64,000 bases of DNA. Origin: Dehalococcoidia bacterium (lineage in GTDB: Bacteria; Chloroflexota; Dehalococcoidia; Bin125). Position numbers and translations under genes: made by a program. Shown one piece after another: positions 8,316 through 17,136 of the stretch (positions are counted from its first letter, which is position 1; each line of letters starts with the position of its first letter). The DNA is taken from assembly GCA_965215375.1 (NCBI GenBank), contig CBDCDO010000002.1:1551685-1615684 (forward strand), in the 5' to 3' direction. The notes beneath the pieces are model-generated. The model was not told the origin of the DNA. It saw only the letters and a program-made list of their open reading frames with translations, and made no database searches.

Positions 8316-9539
8316 CTAGTCGCCGGCTGCGGCTGAGCCTTGGCGCTTGACGGCCGTGACTCCGGAGTCGTGTAGACGCTCGATGTCGGCCCAGTCGTAG
8401 CCCATGTTGAGCAACTCGAGCTCGGTGTCTTGTCCCAGTTCAGGCGCCGACGAGCGGACGTGCGTCTCGGTCTCGCTGAAGCTCACCGGAATGCCGACGA
8501 CTTTGTGTTCCTCGAAGTGTGGATGCGGCACCTGCTGCAGGTAGCCATTGAGCCAGAAGTGGTGATCCTCAGCGACTTGTTGGTAGTCGTAGACCGGTCC
8601 ACAGGGGATGCGCTGCTCAATCATGCGCGGCATGAGCTCATCGCGTGTCCACTTGGCGAACGCTGACTCAAGCTCGGAGCGGAGCCATTCCTCGTTGTCT
8701 CGACGGGCGAACGGGTCGATTGTTCGCGCGTCCTCCAGCAGATCAGGGCGATTGAGTGCGTGGCAGAGTCCAGCCCAACTCTTGGGATCGAGAATGCCCA
8801 GCGTCAGCCACTCGCCGTCGCCACATTGGTACCAACTGAACGTCGCCGAGAATGAGCGTCCCGGCTTGAGCACCGGCTGGAAGCCGCTGTGCAGGAATGC
8901 TTGCAGTGACAGCGCCTGCAAGGTCAGCATGGCTCCGAGTTGCGAGACATCGATCTTCTGTCCCACGCCGTGCTGCGCGCGCGCAAACAACGCGGTCACG
9001 ATGCCGTAGGCAAAGAGCAGCGATCCGGTTTGATCGGCGAGACCCCACGGCGCGGTGATTGGGCGTTCGCCTGGTCCGCCGCCGAGCGCGATCATCGCGC
9101 CCGACATCCCTTGCGCTACCACATCGAACGAACCGCGCGTTGCCCACTCGCCCTCGGGACCGAATCCGGAGTTGGTCGCGTAGATCAGCTGCGGATTGAC
9201 CTCTTTCAGGTCGTCGTAGCCGAGGCCGATGGAGTCGAGGTAGCCCGGTCGAAAGTTCTCGGCCAGGACATCAGCGTCCGCGATCAGCTTGTGCACCACC
9301 TCGATCGCGCCTTCGGCGCGCAGGTCGAGCGTCATCGAGCGCTTGCCTCGGTTGAGGGCCTCGAAGTATGAGCAGAATCCGTCGGCGGCGACTCCGAGCT
9401 GTCGGCCGGGATCGCCGTTGCCAGGCATTTCCACCTTGAGCACGTCGGCGCCCATGTCGGCGAGCATCGCGGTCGCGTGGGGGCCGTTTTGGTAGCGGGT
9501 GAAATCAACGACGCGGATTCCCTCGAGCGGTGCAGGCAT
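8316..9539 (-). CDS. family III CoA-transferase (CaiB/BaiF family)
   Basis: MPAPLEGIRVVDFTRYQNGPHATAMLADMGADVLKVE…; family-III fold motifs run throughout. The ORF-track entry (to 9971) has a spurious N-terminal extension. I place the real start at the ATG at 9539, which is preceded by GGAG. Confidence 0.8.
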   Translation of the reverse strand: MPAPLEGIRVVDFTRYQNGPHATAMLADMGADVLKVEMPGNGDPGRQLGVAADGFCSYFEALNRGKRSMTLDLRAEGAIEVVHKLIADADVLAENFRPGYLDSIGLGYDDLKEVNPQLIYATNSGFGPEGEWATRGSFDVVAQGMSGAMIALGGGPGERPITAPWGLADQTGSLLFAYGIVTALFARAQHGVGQKIDVSQLGAMLTLQALSLQAFLHSGFQPVLKPGRSFSATFSWYQCGDGEWLTLGILDPKSWAGLCHALNRPDLLEDARTIDPFARRDNEEWLRSELESAFAKWTRDELMPRMIEQRIPCGPVYDYQQVAEDHHFWLNGYLQQVPHPHFEEHKVVGIPVSFSETETHVRSSAPELGQDTELELLNMGYDWADIERLHDSGVTAVKRQGSAAAGD

Positions 9540-9656
9540 GACGATCTCCTTCGGCAGCGGGCGCAATGTGGGTACGCAGTTAGCCTCAAGATATCGGATG
9601 CACGACCGCGTGGCTCTCCCAATCGGAGCGAGATCGCCGGTGAGTAGGATTGGCGA

Positions 9657-10349
9657 ATGAGCGTCGAGATCTTCTCCAGCGCCGACGATGCGGTCGCGGA
9701 CATCGGCGACGGAGCGACCATTCTGGTCGGCGGGTTTGTCTCGGCGGGGACGCCGTCGAACCTGATTCTCGCCCTGAAACGCTCGGGCCAGACCGAACTG
9801 ACGGCGGTCGCCAACAATATCGGGCTTGGCGACCTGCTCGACGAGCTCTGCGAACATCGGCAGTTGCGCAAGGTGATCGCGACGTTCGCGATTCGGGCGT
9901 CGGGGACGCGTTCGTCGCGCTTCGAGGCTCAGTATCGCGCTGGCGAGGCCGAGCTGGAGCTCGTCCCGCAAGGCACGCTGATCGAGCGATTGCGGGCTGG
10001 AGGCGCCGGACTCGGAGGCGTCCTCACGAAGACCGGACTCGGCACCATGATGTCTGAGGGCAAGCAGGTGCTCGAGCTCGACGGCGAGCGCTGGTTGCTT
10101 GAGCGGCCGCTACGTGGCGATGTGGCATTGCTCAAGGCGTGGCGCGGTGATCGACACGGCAATCTCCAATATCGGCTGGCTGGTCTCAACTTCAATCCGG
10201 TCATGGCGACCGCGGCCGACCTGGTGATCGCGGAGGTTGAGGAGATCGTCGAGCCTGGCGAGATTCCGCCGGAACTGGTCGGCACGCCGTCGGTGTACGT
10301 CGATCGATTGGTGCAGTGCGAGCCGGTTCCCGTGCGTTGGGAGGGATGA
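9657..10349 (+). CDS. scoA: 3-oxoacid CoA-transferase subunit A (family I)
   Basis: MSVEIFSSADDAVADIGDGATILVGGF…; typical ScoA/AtoD length and motifs. It is divergent from the CaiB gene. Confidence 0.85.
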   Translation: MSVEIFSSADDAVADIGDGATILVGGFVSAGTPSNLILALKRSGQTELTAVANNIGLGDLLDELCEHRQLRKVIATFAIRASGTRSSRFEAQYRAGEAELELVPQGTLIERLRAGGAGLGGVLTKTGLGTMMSEGKQVLELDGERWLLERPLRGDVALLKAWRGDRHGNLQYRLAGLNFNPVMATAADLVIAEVEEIVEPGEIPPELVGTPSVYVDRLVQCEPVPVRWEG

Positions 10350-11044
10350 ACGTGACCGACCGCACATCGCACATATCGCAAACACCGCCGAGTGGACTGA
10401 GCCGAGAGCTGATCGCGCTTCGGGCCGCGCGCGAGCTCGAGCGGGGTTCCGTCGTCAACCTCGGAATCGGACTGCCGACCCTGGTTGCGGGATTCGTCGA
10501 GCCGTCGGATGAGATCACGTTCCAAGCCGAGAACGGGATTCTCGGCTACTCAGGCATCTCCGAGTCTGGCTTCGACGCCGATCTAATCAACGCCGGCGGA
10601 CAGCCGGTCGACCTCGTCCCCGGCGCGAGCTTCTTCGACACGGCCGACTCGTTCGCCATGATTCGCGGCGGACATATCGATGTGGCCGTCCTCGGTGGGC
10701 TTCAAGTGTCGGCGCAAGGCGATCTGGCCAACTGGTACGTCCCCGCGCGCGGCGGCGGCAGTGTCGGCGGAGCGATGGACCTCGCTGTCGGCGCTCGCAA
10801 GCTGATCGTGGCGATGGCGCACGTCACCCGCGACGGCGAGCCACGCATCGTCGAGGTCTGTGACTATCCGCTGACCGCGGAGCGCTGCGTCGATGTGATC
10901 ATCACGGACATGGCCGTGGTTGATGTGACCGATTCCGGGTTGCGATTGCGCGAGACGGCGCCGGGGATATCGCCCGCCGAGGTCGCTCGCTGGACCGGCG
11001 CGCCGCTGGCGATCCCGAGCGACGTGCCTGAGATGTCGCTCTGA
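10346..11044 (+). CDS. scoB: 3-oxoacid CoA-transferase subunit B (family I)
   Basis: ATGA overlap with the scoA stop; …VVNLGIGLPTLVA…ENGILG… motifs (the active-site Glu region). Confidence 0.85.
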   Translation: MNVTDRTSHISQTPPSGLSRELIALRAARELERGSVVNLGIGLPTLVAGFVEPSDEITFQAENGILGYSGISESGFDADLINAGGQPVDLVPGASFFDTADSFAMIRGGHIDVAVLGGLQVSAQGDLANWYVPARGGGSVGGAMDLAVGARKLIVAMAHVTRDGEPRIVEVCDYPLTAERCVDVIITDMAVVDVTDSGLRLRETAPGISPAEVARWTGAPLAIPSDVPEMSL

Positions 11045-11107
11045 CGACGAAGTCGGCGTGGATGTGCGCTATCCTGATGGTGTAGCGCGATTGCAGAGGA
11101 GCTGGCC

Positions 11108-11653
11108 ATGCGCGGTGTGTTCAAGGTCATTGGTCGGGGCGCCCAGGTACTGCGACGCGGGCCCGTCACCGTGCATTACCCATACGAGAAGAAGCAGCTT
11201 CCTAAGCGATCTCGCACATTCCCCTACCTGATCTGGAATCACCAAATCGAAGAGCCCAATTGCACCGGTTGCGGCAAGTGCGCCGCAGCGTGTCCGGTCG
11301 ATTGCATGACGACCTCGCTGCAGAAGAACCCTGCCAGCGCCGCCGGTCGGAGCAATCACAAGTCGGTGATCAAGGACTTCTACATCGACTTCGGACGTTG
11401 CATGCGCTGCAACATCTGCGTCGAGGTTTGTCCCTTCGACGCCATCGCGATGCTCCCGATGTGGGAAGGTCACGAGCAGACCAAGTACGACCGTCGAGAG
11501 CTTGTGATGGACCTCGACGACTTGCTCGCGCCGAGCCGAGCGGACACAGAGCTGCCGTTCTGGATTCCCGAGACGATTCTCGCCAAGACCGAGAAAGAGC
11601 GGACCGGCCGAAGGGCGTTCGCAGCCCAACTCAACGCCGGCGACAGCGAGTAG
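11108..11653 (+). CDS. NuoI-like 2x[4Fe-4S] ferredoxin (NADH-quinone oxidoreductase subunit I homolog), stand-alone
   Basis: …TVHYPYEKK…CTGCGKCAAACPVDC…CMRCNICVEVCPFDAI… are two CxxCxxCxxxCP motifs in NuoI-type spacing. No other nuo genes are nearby. Confidence 0.7.
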   Translation: MRGVFKVIGRGAQVLRRGPVTVHYPYEKKQLPKRSRTFPYLIWNHQIEEPNCTGCGKCAAACPVDCMTTSLQKNPASAAGRSNHKSVIKDFYIDFGRCMRCNICVEVCPFDAIAMLPMWEGHEQTKYDRRELVMDLDDLLAPSRADTELPFWIPETILAKTEKERTGRRAFAAQLNAGDSE

Positions 11654-11727
11654 TTTCGGTTCTTCGTTCGCTGAGAAGCGCCAGTTCCGTTAAGCCTGCG
11701 AAGGCTTGTGCATCCTCCGATAGCTCT

Positions 11728-11829
11728 GTCATTCCTGCGCGCAGCGCGGGAATGACGATGCGGTGCTGTGTGCGCGCCTGCTGTAGCGCCGCTCGTCTCG
11801 GGCTCGGCGAGATACCCGCGGCGGAGCGG
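11728..11829. repeat. REP-like palindromes (gtcattcctgcgcgcagcgcgggaatgac; half-site gcgagatacccgcggcggagcgg)
   Basis: A perfect inverted repeat with GTCAT/ATGAC flanks, of the same family as 1732, 2257, 27280, 27378, 35388, 35452, 51972-52080 and 52238-52325. Confidence 0.7.
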
Positions 11830-11847
11830 AGACCATTGCATAATCTC

Positions 11848-11980
11848 TTTCCTCCCCCTGCAGGGGGAGGTGCCGAAGGCGGAGGGGGTCCTGCTCCGCG
11901 AAGCCCTATCTGGCACCCGCGCCAGCAGGACCCCCTTCAGTCGCTCCGCGACAGCTCCCCCTGCGAGGGGGAGCAAATTA
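11848..11980. repeat. C5/G5 hairpin-cluster element (family shared with 15658, 25759 and 56903)
   Basis: cctccccctgcagggggagg … ggagggggtcctgct…agcaggaccccctt … gctccccctgcgagggggagcaaa. The last hairpin is near-identical to 57067-57092. Confidence 0.65.
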
Positions 11981-12084
11981 ATCAAAGGCCTCCAGCGGAG
12001 CGCGAGTATGACGACCTGTAGAAGGCGGGAATGACGTTCAGCGGCGACGTACTTGGACGAGGTCGCCGCGAACTTGATTTTGCA

Positions 12085-12210
12085 TCATTGGTCGAAGTCG
12101 ATATCGACGGGGTGGACTCCCTCGACCACTGCTTCAACACGTCGGAGGAAGTCGTTCGTCTCGATAATCTCGTAGCCCTCGTCGAATGTCGGGTTCGGGC
12201 GTAATGTTGA
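12085..12210 (-). pseudogene. 3'-terminal remnant of an SDR paralog (last ~42 codons only)
   Basis: The minus-strand translation MSTLRPNPTFDEGYEIIETNDFLRRVEAVVEGVHPVDIDFDQ* matches the C-termini of the SDRs at 12880..13776 (…ILEGIRPVDIDFEQ) and 13821..14735. Nucleotide similarity to 12880-12960 is ~80%. Confidence 0.55.
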
Positions 12211-12226
12211 CATTCTGGCAACATCG

Positions 12227-12784
12227 CTACTTGAAGTAGGTCTCGGCCATTTGCAGAGCGAGCGCCTCATCTGTTTGGTCAACAGGATCCTGGCTGAGCC
12301 AAGCCGTCTCGTAGGGGATGTCCGCTCGATCTTCCGCAAGCATCCAGCCTGGCTCTCGGTGGGAGATGTCGGATACGTCCCGGGCTGACTTCCCCAGAAC
12401 GTAGTCGACGATCGATTCCACAATCTGTAGCTCTTCGTCAAGAAACAGATGGCGCTGAGGCCCCAGGCCGGTCACGATGGGCCGCTTCTGCACTCCCTGA
12501 AAGTACGGGCGATTCTCTATCGTCAACCGACCTTCTTCAACCAGTTCTCGTCTCGCCGCCAGCAGTTGCCGTGGCGCTGGTCCTTCTTGCAGCTTGAAGT
12601 AGGTCGCTCCTGTAATCGGCCTACCCAACTCCCTGTACGCCATGAAGTCGGCGAAGTAGAGGATCTTGTTCAGCTTGATCGATCCGTATGTCGGATCAGT
12701 TGCGCAGAGGTCGGAAATGAGGACGATCAGTTCCTTGAAGCGTGATTCGTCGAATTCGAAGGTGACGCGCTCTGTGGTGGTCAT
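12227..12784 (-). CDS. Panacea/SocA-like (DUF4065) antitoxin-domain protein, orphan
   Basis: The N-terminal ~95 aa (…GSIKLNKILYFADFMAYRELGRPITGATYFKLQEGP…) match the Panacea domain signature. An additional ~90-aa C-terminal region is unassigned. Confidence 0.6.
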   Translation of the reverse strand: MTTTERVTFEFDESRFKELIVLISDLCATDPTYGSIKLNKILYFADFMAYRELGRPITGATYFKLQEGPAPRQLLAARRELVEEGRLTIENRPYFQGVQKRPIVTGLGPQRHLFLDEELQIVESIVDYVLGKSARDVSDISHREPGWMLAEDRADIPYETAWLSQDPVDQTDEALALQMAETYFK

Positions 12785-12879
12785 GAGGCCTCCGTTCCGT
12801 TTAGAACATCACGCTCAGCCACGAGCTGAGGCTGCTTCAACTGTACCTGTCGACGGTGGTGCGGGTAGATCAGCCGTCC

Positions 12880-13776
12880 TTAGACGAGGTCGCCTCGGGC
12901 TCGATTTTGCATCATTTGCTCGAAGTCGATGTCGACGGGGCGGATTCCTTCGAGGATTGCTTCTACTCGTGCTCGGACGGTGTCGTACCAGCCGGGATGC
13001 GGGAGGATGTAGAGCTTGTCGTCGACCATTGCCTGCCAGACGAGTTCGGCGACGTCGGATGGGTCCATGCCGCCGCCGAGAAATGCCTGCATGGCTGCTC
13101 GCTGTGCCTCGGTGGACGATACCTGGTCGCCGAATTCGGTGGGACGATTGCGCTCCGCCTCGCCGATCTGTGTGTTGACGAAACCAGGACAAAGCACGGA
13201 TGCCGACACATTCGAGCCGGCATCTCTGAGGTGGTGCCAGAGGCCCTCCGTGAGGGTGAGCACTCCGTGCTTCGAGACGCTGTAGGCCGACGCACCAGGA
13301 ATCAGCCCGGCGACCGAGGCGGTGTTGACGATGTGCCCCGTCTCGCCATGCTCCAGCATGGACGGGACGAACACCTGAAGTCCGTACAGCACGCCCCAGA
13401 AGTTGACGCCCATTACCCAGTCCCAGGTTGAATCTGGAACCTCCCAGACAGGCAACGAACCCGTGCCGGCGCCGAGTCCGCCATCTTGTCGCGAGGTCAC
13501 GCCTGCGTTGTTGCAGAGCACGTGAATTTTGCCGAAGCGGTCAATCGTTTCGTCGTGCAAACGCTCGAGCGTGTCGCGCTGCATCGTATTGACTTCGACG
13601 CCGATAACGTTGCGCTCTTGCTGCTCGAGCTTCAGCACCGCGGCGCTGAGCGCTTCCGACTCGATGTCGGCCAGGACCACATTCATGCCCTCGGCGGCGA
13701 AGCGCTCGGCGAAGGCCAATCCCATCCCCGATGCTGCTCCAGTCACGACCGCTGTTTTGCCTGCAAAATCTCGCAT
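12880..13776 (-). CDS. short-chain dehydrogenase/reductase (SDR)
   Basis: GKTAVVTGAASGMG Rossmann motif, NNAG, and a catalytic S…Y…K (YSVSKHGV) region. Confidence 0.85.
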   Translation of the reverse strand: MRDFAGKTAVVTGAASGMGLAFAERFAAEGMNVVLADIESEALSAAVLKLEQQERNVIGVEVNTMQRDTLERLHDETIDRFGKIHVLCNNAGVTSRQDGGLGAGTGSLPVWEVPDSTWDWVMGVNFWGVLYGLQVFVPSMLEHGETGHIVNTASVAGLIPGASAYSVSKHGVLTLTEGLWHHLRDAGSNVSASVLCPGFVNTQIGEAERNRPTEFGDQVSSTEAQRAAMQAFLGGGMDPSDVAELVWQAMVDDKLYILPHPGWYDTVRARVEAILEGIRPVDIDFEQMMQNRARGDLV

Positions 13777-13820
13777 GATTCGTCCCTCTCTGCTTCGCTT
13801 GGTGCTCAGAGTTGTCTGCG

Positions 13821-14735
13821 TTAGACCTCTTCGCCGGCTGCTCGCCGAGCCAACATTTCCTCGATGTCGACCGAAAGTGGCGTTTCGCGCGCAAGGATAT
13901 GTTCGACTCGGCCGCGCACGACATCATCCCAGGCGGGATGCGGAAGAATGTAGCAGCGTTGCTCGACGATGGCGTCGAAGACGATGTCTGCTACCTGATC
14001 GGGGTCCATCCCACCGCCGAGCAGGAGGGCGAGAATCTGTTCCCGCTCGTCGGTGCGGTCGGTCGTTCCGCCGAGTTCTGCCGGTCGGTTGCGATCGGCA
14101 TATCCGATGTTCGTGTTCACAAATCCAGGACATAACACCGACGCGCTCAGATTTGCGCCCATCGTCTCGAACTGCTGATAGAGCCCCTCGGTGAGCGTCA
14201 GCACCGCATGTTTGGAGACGCTGTACGCACTGCCGCCGGGCATCAGACCTGCGAGTGAGGCGGTGTTGACGATATGGCCCTCTTCGCCGTGCTCGAGCAT
14301 GTGCGGGACGAACGCTTGGATGCCATACAGGACGCCCCAGAAGTTGACGCCCATGATCCACTCCCACGTCTCGTCTGGTACCTCCCACGAACCTTGGATT
14401 GTGCCGTCTGGGCGAGGCCCAGCGTCGTCGCCACCGGCGACGCCCGCGTTGTTGATCAGAATGTGGACATTGCCAAACTGGTCGATCGTTCGATCGCGCA
14501 GCTCCACAATCGCTTCTCGACGCATGGTGTCGGTGACGACACCGAGCACGCTGCGTTCCTCTTGCTCCAGCCGTTGTACTTCGGCCTGGAGCGCGTCGGC
14601 TTCGATGTCGGCGAGGACGACGTTCATTCCTTCGCTCGCCAGGCGTCGAGCGAACGCGAGCCCCATCCCGCTCGCCGCGCCCGTGACGACCGCGGTCTTA
14701 CCTGTGAACTCGCGCATTGATGCCTCCAGACACAC
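13821..14735 (-). CDS. short-chain dehydrogenase/reductase (SDR), close paralog of 12880..13776
   Basis: Same motifs; ~60% identical to its neighbour by eye. Confidence 0.85.
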   Translation of the reverse strand: MCLEASMREFTGKTAVVTGAASGMGLAFARRLASEGMNVVLADIEADALQAEVQRLEQEERSVLGVVTDTMRREAIVELRDRTIDQFGNVHILINNAGVAGGDDAGPRPDGTIQGSWEVPDETWEWIMGVNFWGVLYGIQAFVPHMLEHGEEGHIVNTASLAGLMPGGSAYSVSKHAVLTLTEGLYQQFETMGANLSASVLCPGFVNTNIGYADRNRPAELGGTTDRTDEREQILALLLGGGMDPDQVADIVFDAIVEQRCYILPHPAWDDVVRGRVEHILARETPLSVDIEEMLARRAAGEEV

Positions 14736-14804
14736 ACGGACCGCCGGTTGTCGGCGCCGGTCACCGCTTTTGTGGGCAGTCTAAGAGTCGCAGCGAGGTG
14801 ATCG

Positions 14805-15593
14805 TTAGAGTGGCTGCTGGCCGATGAAGTCGAACAGTGGCGGGTACTTGTTGATGTCGGCGCCGCCATTCAGTTGGACCGTTTGCCCGGTCATCAGCGA
14901 GGACGCGTCCGAAGCGAGCCACATCGCCAGCTCGGCTACCTCTTCGGGATCGCCAATCCGACCGAGCGGTGCCTCGGCCGCGAAAGCGTCCTCGAGTCCA
15001 GGCACGACGCGCAACCCTTCGGTCAGCGGTGTGCGGATCAGCCCTGGTCCGATGCTGTTCACGCGAATCTGATGTCGGCCCAGCTCGAGCGCCGAGACCT
15101 TGGTCAACATGGCAACGCCAGCCTTTGCCGAGCAGTATGCCGCAAGCCCCTCGGTCGCCTGAATGCTGTTCAACGACGCGGTGTTGATGATCGAACCGCC
15201 CGAGCCCTGCTCGATCAGATGCTTGGACTCGTGCTTGATGCAAAGGAACACACCGGTGAGACAGACGTCGATCACACGCTGGAATTCCGAAAGCGGGTAC
15301 TCCTGAATCGGCGACCAACCGCCGATTCCAGCGTTGTTGAACGCGATGTCCAACCTGCCGAAGCGGTCGACGCAGGACATCACCATGTTGGCGACGTCGT
15401 CTTCGTTCGTGACATCGGCGGTGATCGCCATCGCCTGCGAGCCGATCTCGCGCGCTGCTTCGGCTGCGCCGTCGGCGTTGCGATCGGCGAGCGCCACCGA
15501 TGCACCTTCCTCGGCGAATTTCTTTGCAGCCGCTAGGCCGATACCAGATGCGGCGCCGGTGATCAGCGCTGCTTTGCCGTCTAGCTGTCCCAT
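14805..15593 (-). CDS. short-chain dehydrogenase/reductase (classical SDR, FabG-like)
   Basis: GKAALITGAASGIGLA, NNAGI, YCSAKAGV. Confidence 0.85.
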   Translation of the reverse strand: MGQLDGKAALITGAASGIGLAAAKKFAEEGASVALADRNADGAAEAAREIGSQAMAITADVTNEDDVANMVMSCVDRFGRLDIAFNNAGIGGWSPIQEYPLSEFQRVIDVCLTGVFLCIKHESKHLIEQGSGGSIINTASLNSIQATEGLAAYCSAKAGVAMLTKVSALELGRHQIRVNSIGPGLIRTPLTEGLRVVPGLEDAFAAEAPLGRIGDPEEVAELAMWLASDASSLMTGQTVQLNGGADINKYPPLFDFIGQQPL

Positions 15594-15657
15594 GGTTTGC
15601 TCCAGTCTGTTGAGTTGTAGGTGTTCTCGCTCGATCGCAGTATGACCTCGGTTTGCT

Positions 15658-15785
15658 AGCGCTCCCCCCTCTGGGGGAGCTGTCGCGGAGCGACTGAGGG
15701 GGCCGGCAATTGGCTTGCGACCAGCAGCCGAGGCCCGGCCCTCACCCTAACCCTCTCCCTCAGGGAGAGGGGATCGGAATGAGGT
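15658..15785. repeat. C5/G5 hairpin-cluster element
   Basis: gctcccccctctgggggagc … ccctctccctcagggagagggg; intergenic between two SDR paralogs. Confidence 0.6.
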
Positions 15786-15797
15786 CAAGAGGATCCA

Positions 15798-16601
15798 CTA
15801 CGCGCTCCTCGGCTGCCGTGGTCGCGCCTCCAACAGATTGAAGCCCGGCGGCAGTTCGTTGACCGTGATCCCTCCGTCGACGTACATGAGCTGTCCCGAG
15901 ACCCAGGGGCTGGCGTCGCTGGCCAGGAAGAGGGCCATCTGCGCGATATCATTTGGCAGTCCGAGGCGGCCGAGCGGTGTTGCGCCGATCATGGCCTCGT
16001 CGAAGCCATCGACATCGCGGGCGCGAGCGGTGAGCGGCGTTTCGGTGTGTCCCGGACCGATCGCGTTGACGCGGATCCCGTGCTCGCCGAGCTCTAGCGC
16101 CGACACCTTGGTCAGCATTGCCACGCCAGCCTTGGCTGAGCAGTAGGCGCTCAGTCCTTTGGTCGCCTGAGTCGCGTTGATGCTTGCGGTGTTGATCAGT
16201 GAGCCGCCCTCGCCCTGAGCGATCAGCTGCTTGGACTGATGCTTGAGACAGAGGAATACCCCGGTCAGACACACGTCGATCACCTGCTGAAAGTGCTCCA
16301 GAGCGTGGTCCTGGATCGGCGCGGTCCGAGCGATACCGGCATTGTTGAAGCCGATGTCGAGCCGTCCAAAGCGGTCGACACAACTTGCGACCATCGCCTC
16401 AACGTCGCGCTCATCGGACACATCGCCGCTGATCGCGAGGGCGGCGTCGCCGATTTCTCGCGCGGTCTCGTTCACGAGGTCGGCGTTTCTGTCGAACATT
16501 GCGACCTGCGCGCCTTCGCTCGCGAAGAGCTGTGCCGTCGCCAGGCCGATCCCCGAGGCTGCGCCGGTCACCAGCGCGACTTTGCCATCCAGAGCGTTCA
16601 T
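15798..16601 (-). CDS. short-chain dehydrogenase/reductase (classical SDR), paralog of 14805..15593
   Basis: GKVALVTGAASGIGLA, NNAGI, YCSAKAGV. Confidence 0.85.
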   Translation of the reverse strand: MNALDGKVALVTGAASGIGLATAQLFASEGAQVAMFDRNADLVNETAREIGDAALAISGDVSDERDVEAMVASCVDRFGRLDIGFNNAGIARTAPIQDHALEHFQQVIDVCLTGVFLCLKHQSKQLIAQGEGGSLINTASINATQATKGLSAYCSAKAGVAMLTKVSALELGEHGIRVNAIGPGHTETPLTARARDVDGFDEAMIGATPLGRLGLPNDIAQMALFLASDASPWVSGQLMYVDGGITVNELPPGFNLLEARPRQPRSA

Positions 16602-16768
16602 TGCGATGTTCCTGTCTGTTCTGATGAATGCTTCCCGAGTCTGTCGCTGCCTGATCCGTACGATAGCCCCGTCGTCCGGGATGCTGTCAGATTCGGTCGG
16701 ACGGCAGGGTTGGCCGGGCTGGCAAGCCGTGACATGACATCGGGGCGCGTTCGGAACACAATCGTGAT

Positions 16769-17023
16769 ATGAAGATCACACTGACACTCGACGACGATCT
16801 TGCGACACTACTCGAGGAGCGTGCTGAGGCACTCAATATCTCATTCGAGCAGGTCGTGAACGACACGCTGAGACGCGGCCTCGATCTGGAAGAGCCTCCC
16901 AAGAAGCGTCCGGCAGAGTTCCAAACCTTCCCTGGAGGGTTCAGGCCCGAGTTCAAGGATGTCAGTCCGAACAAGCTGAATGCCGACCTCGAGATGGAAG
17001 AGATGCTGCGGAAGCTACATTGA
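16769..17023 (+). CDS. type II antitoxin (VapB-like)
   Basis: 84-aa product MKITLTLDDDLATLLEERAE…, typical of VapB-like antitoxins that precede VapC PIN toxins. Its stop overlaps an ATG that opens a VapC-like reading frame. Confidence 0.6.
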   Translation: MKITLTLDDDLATLLEERAEALNISFEQVVNDTLRRGLDLEEPPKKRPAEFQTFPGGFRPEFKDVSPNKLNADLEMEEMLRKLH

Positions 17024-17086
17024 TGATCGTCCCCGACATCAACATGCTGCTTCTACGAGGCCGAAGTCCACTCGAACGACAGTGAC
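17024..17086 (+). pseudogene. VapC (PIN-domain toxin) N-terminal stump, 20 codons then TGA
   Basis: MIVPDINMLLLRGRSPLERQ* resembles VapC N-termini (MIxLDTNVLxxxxxxxSPxHexA), including the catalytic Asp position. It is truncated ~50 bp before the convergent URO-D gene. Confidence 0.4.
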
Positions 17087-17136
17087 TTTGCCCGATTACC
17101 CGGCCTGCGTTGGCGCAATCGGTTGACGGTGGCCCG

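Noticed and set aside
7930-8336. ORFs 7956..8288 (-) and 7977..8336 (+) in the purL / CoA-transferase intergenic region
   Set aside because: They overlap each other in opposite strands, have junk-like composition (Arg/Pro/Ser-rich) and no RBS or motifs. I left the ~390-bp region as intergenic; a decayed gene fragment cannot be excluded.
9540-9971. The 5' 143-codon extension of the CaiB ORF (8316..9971) overlapping scoA on the opposite strand
   Set aside because: The CoA-transferase fold begins at MPAPLEG (ATG 9539, with GGAG upstream); the extension is low-complexity and overlaps the divergent scoA gene, so it is read-through of an open frame, not coding.
12085-12441. ORF 12085..12441 (-) listed in the track
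   Set aside because: Only its last 42 codons (12085-12210) are meaningful, as the SDR remnant. The upstream part is an out-of-frame overlap with the Panacea-domain gene.
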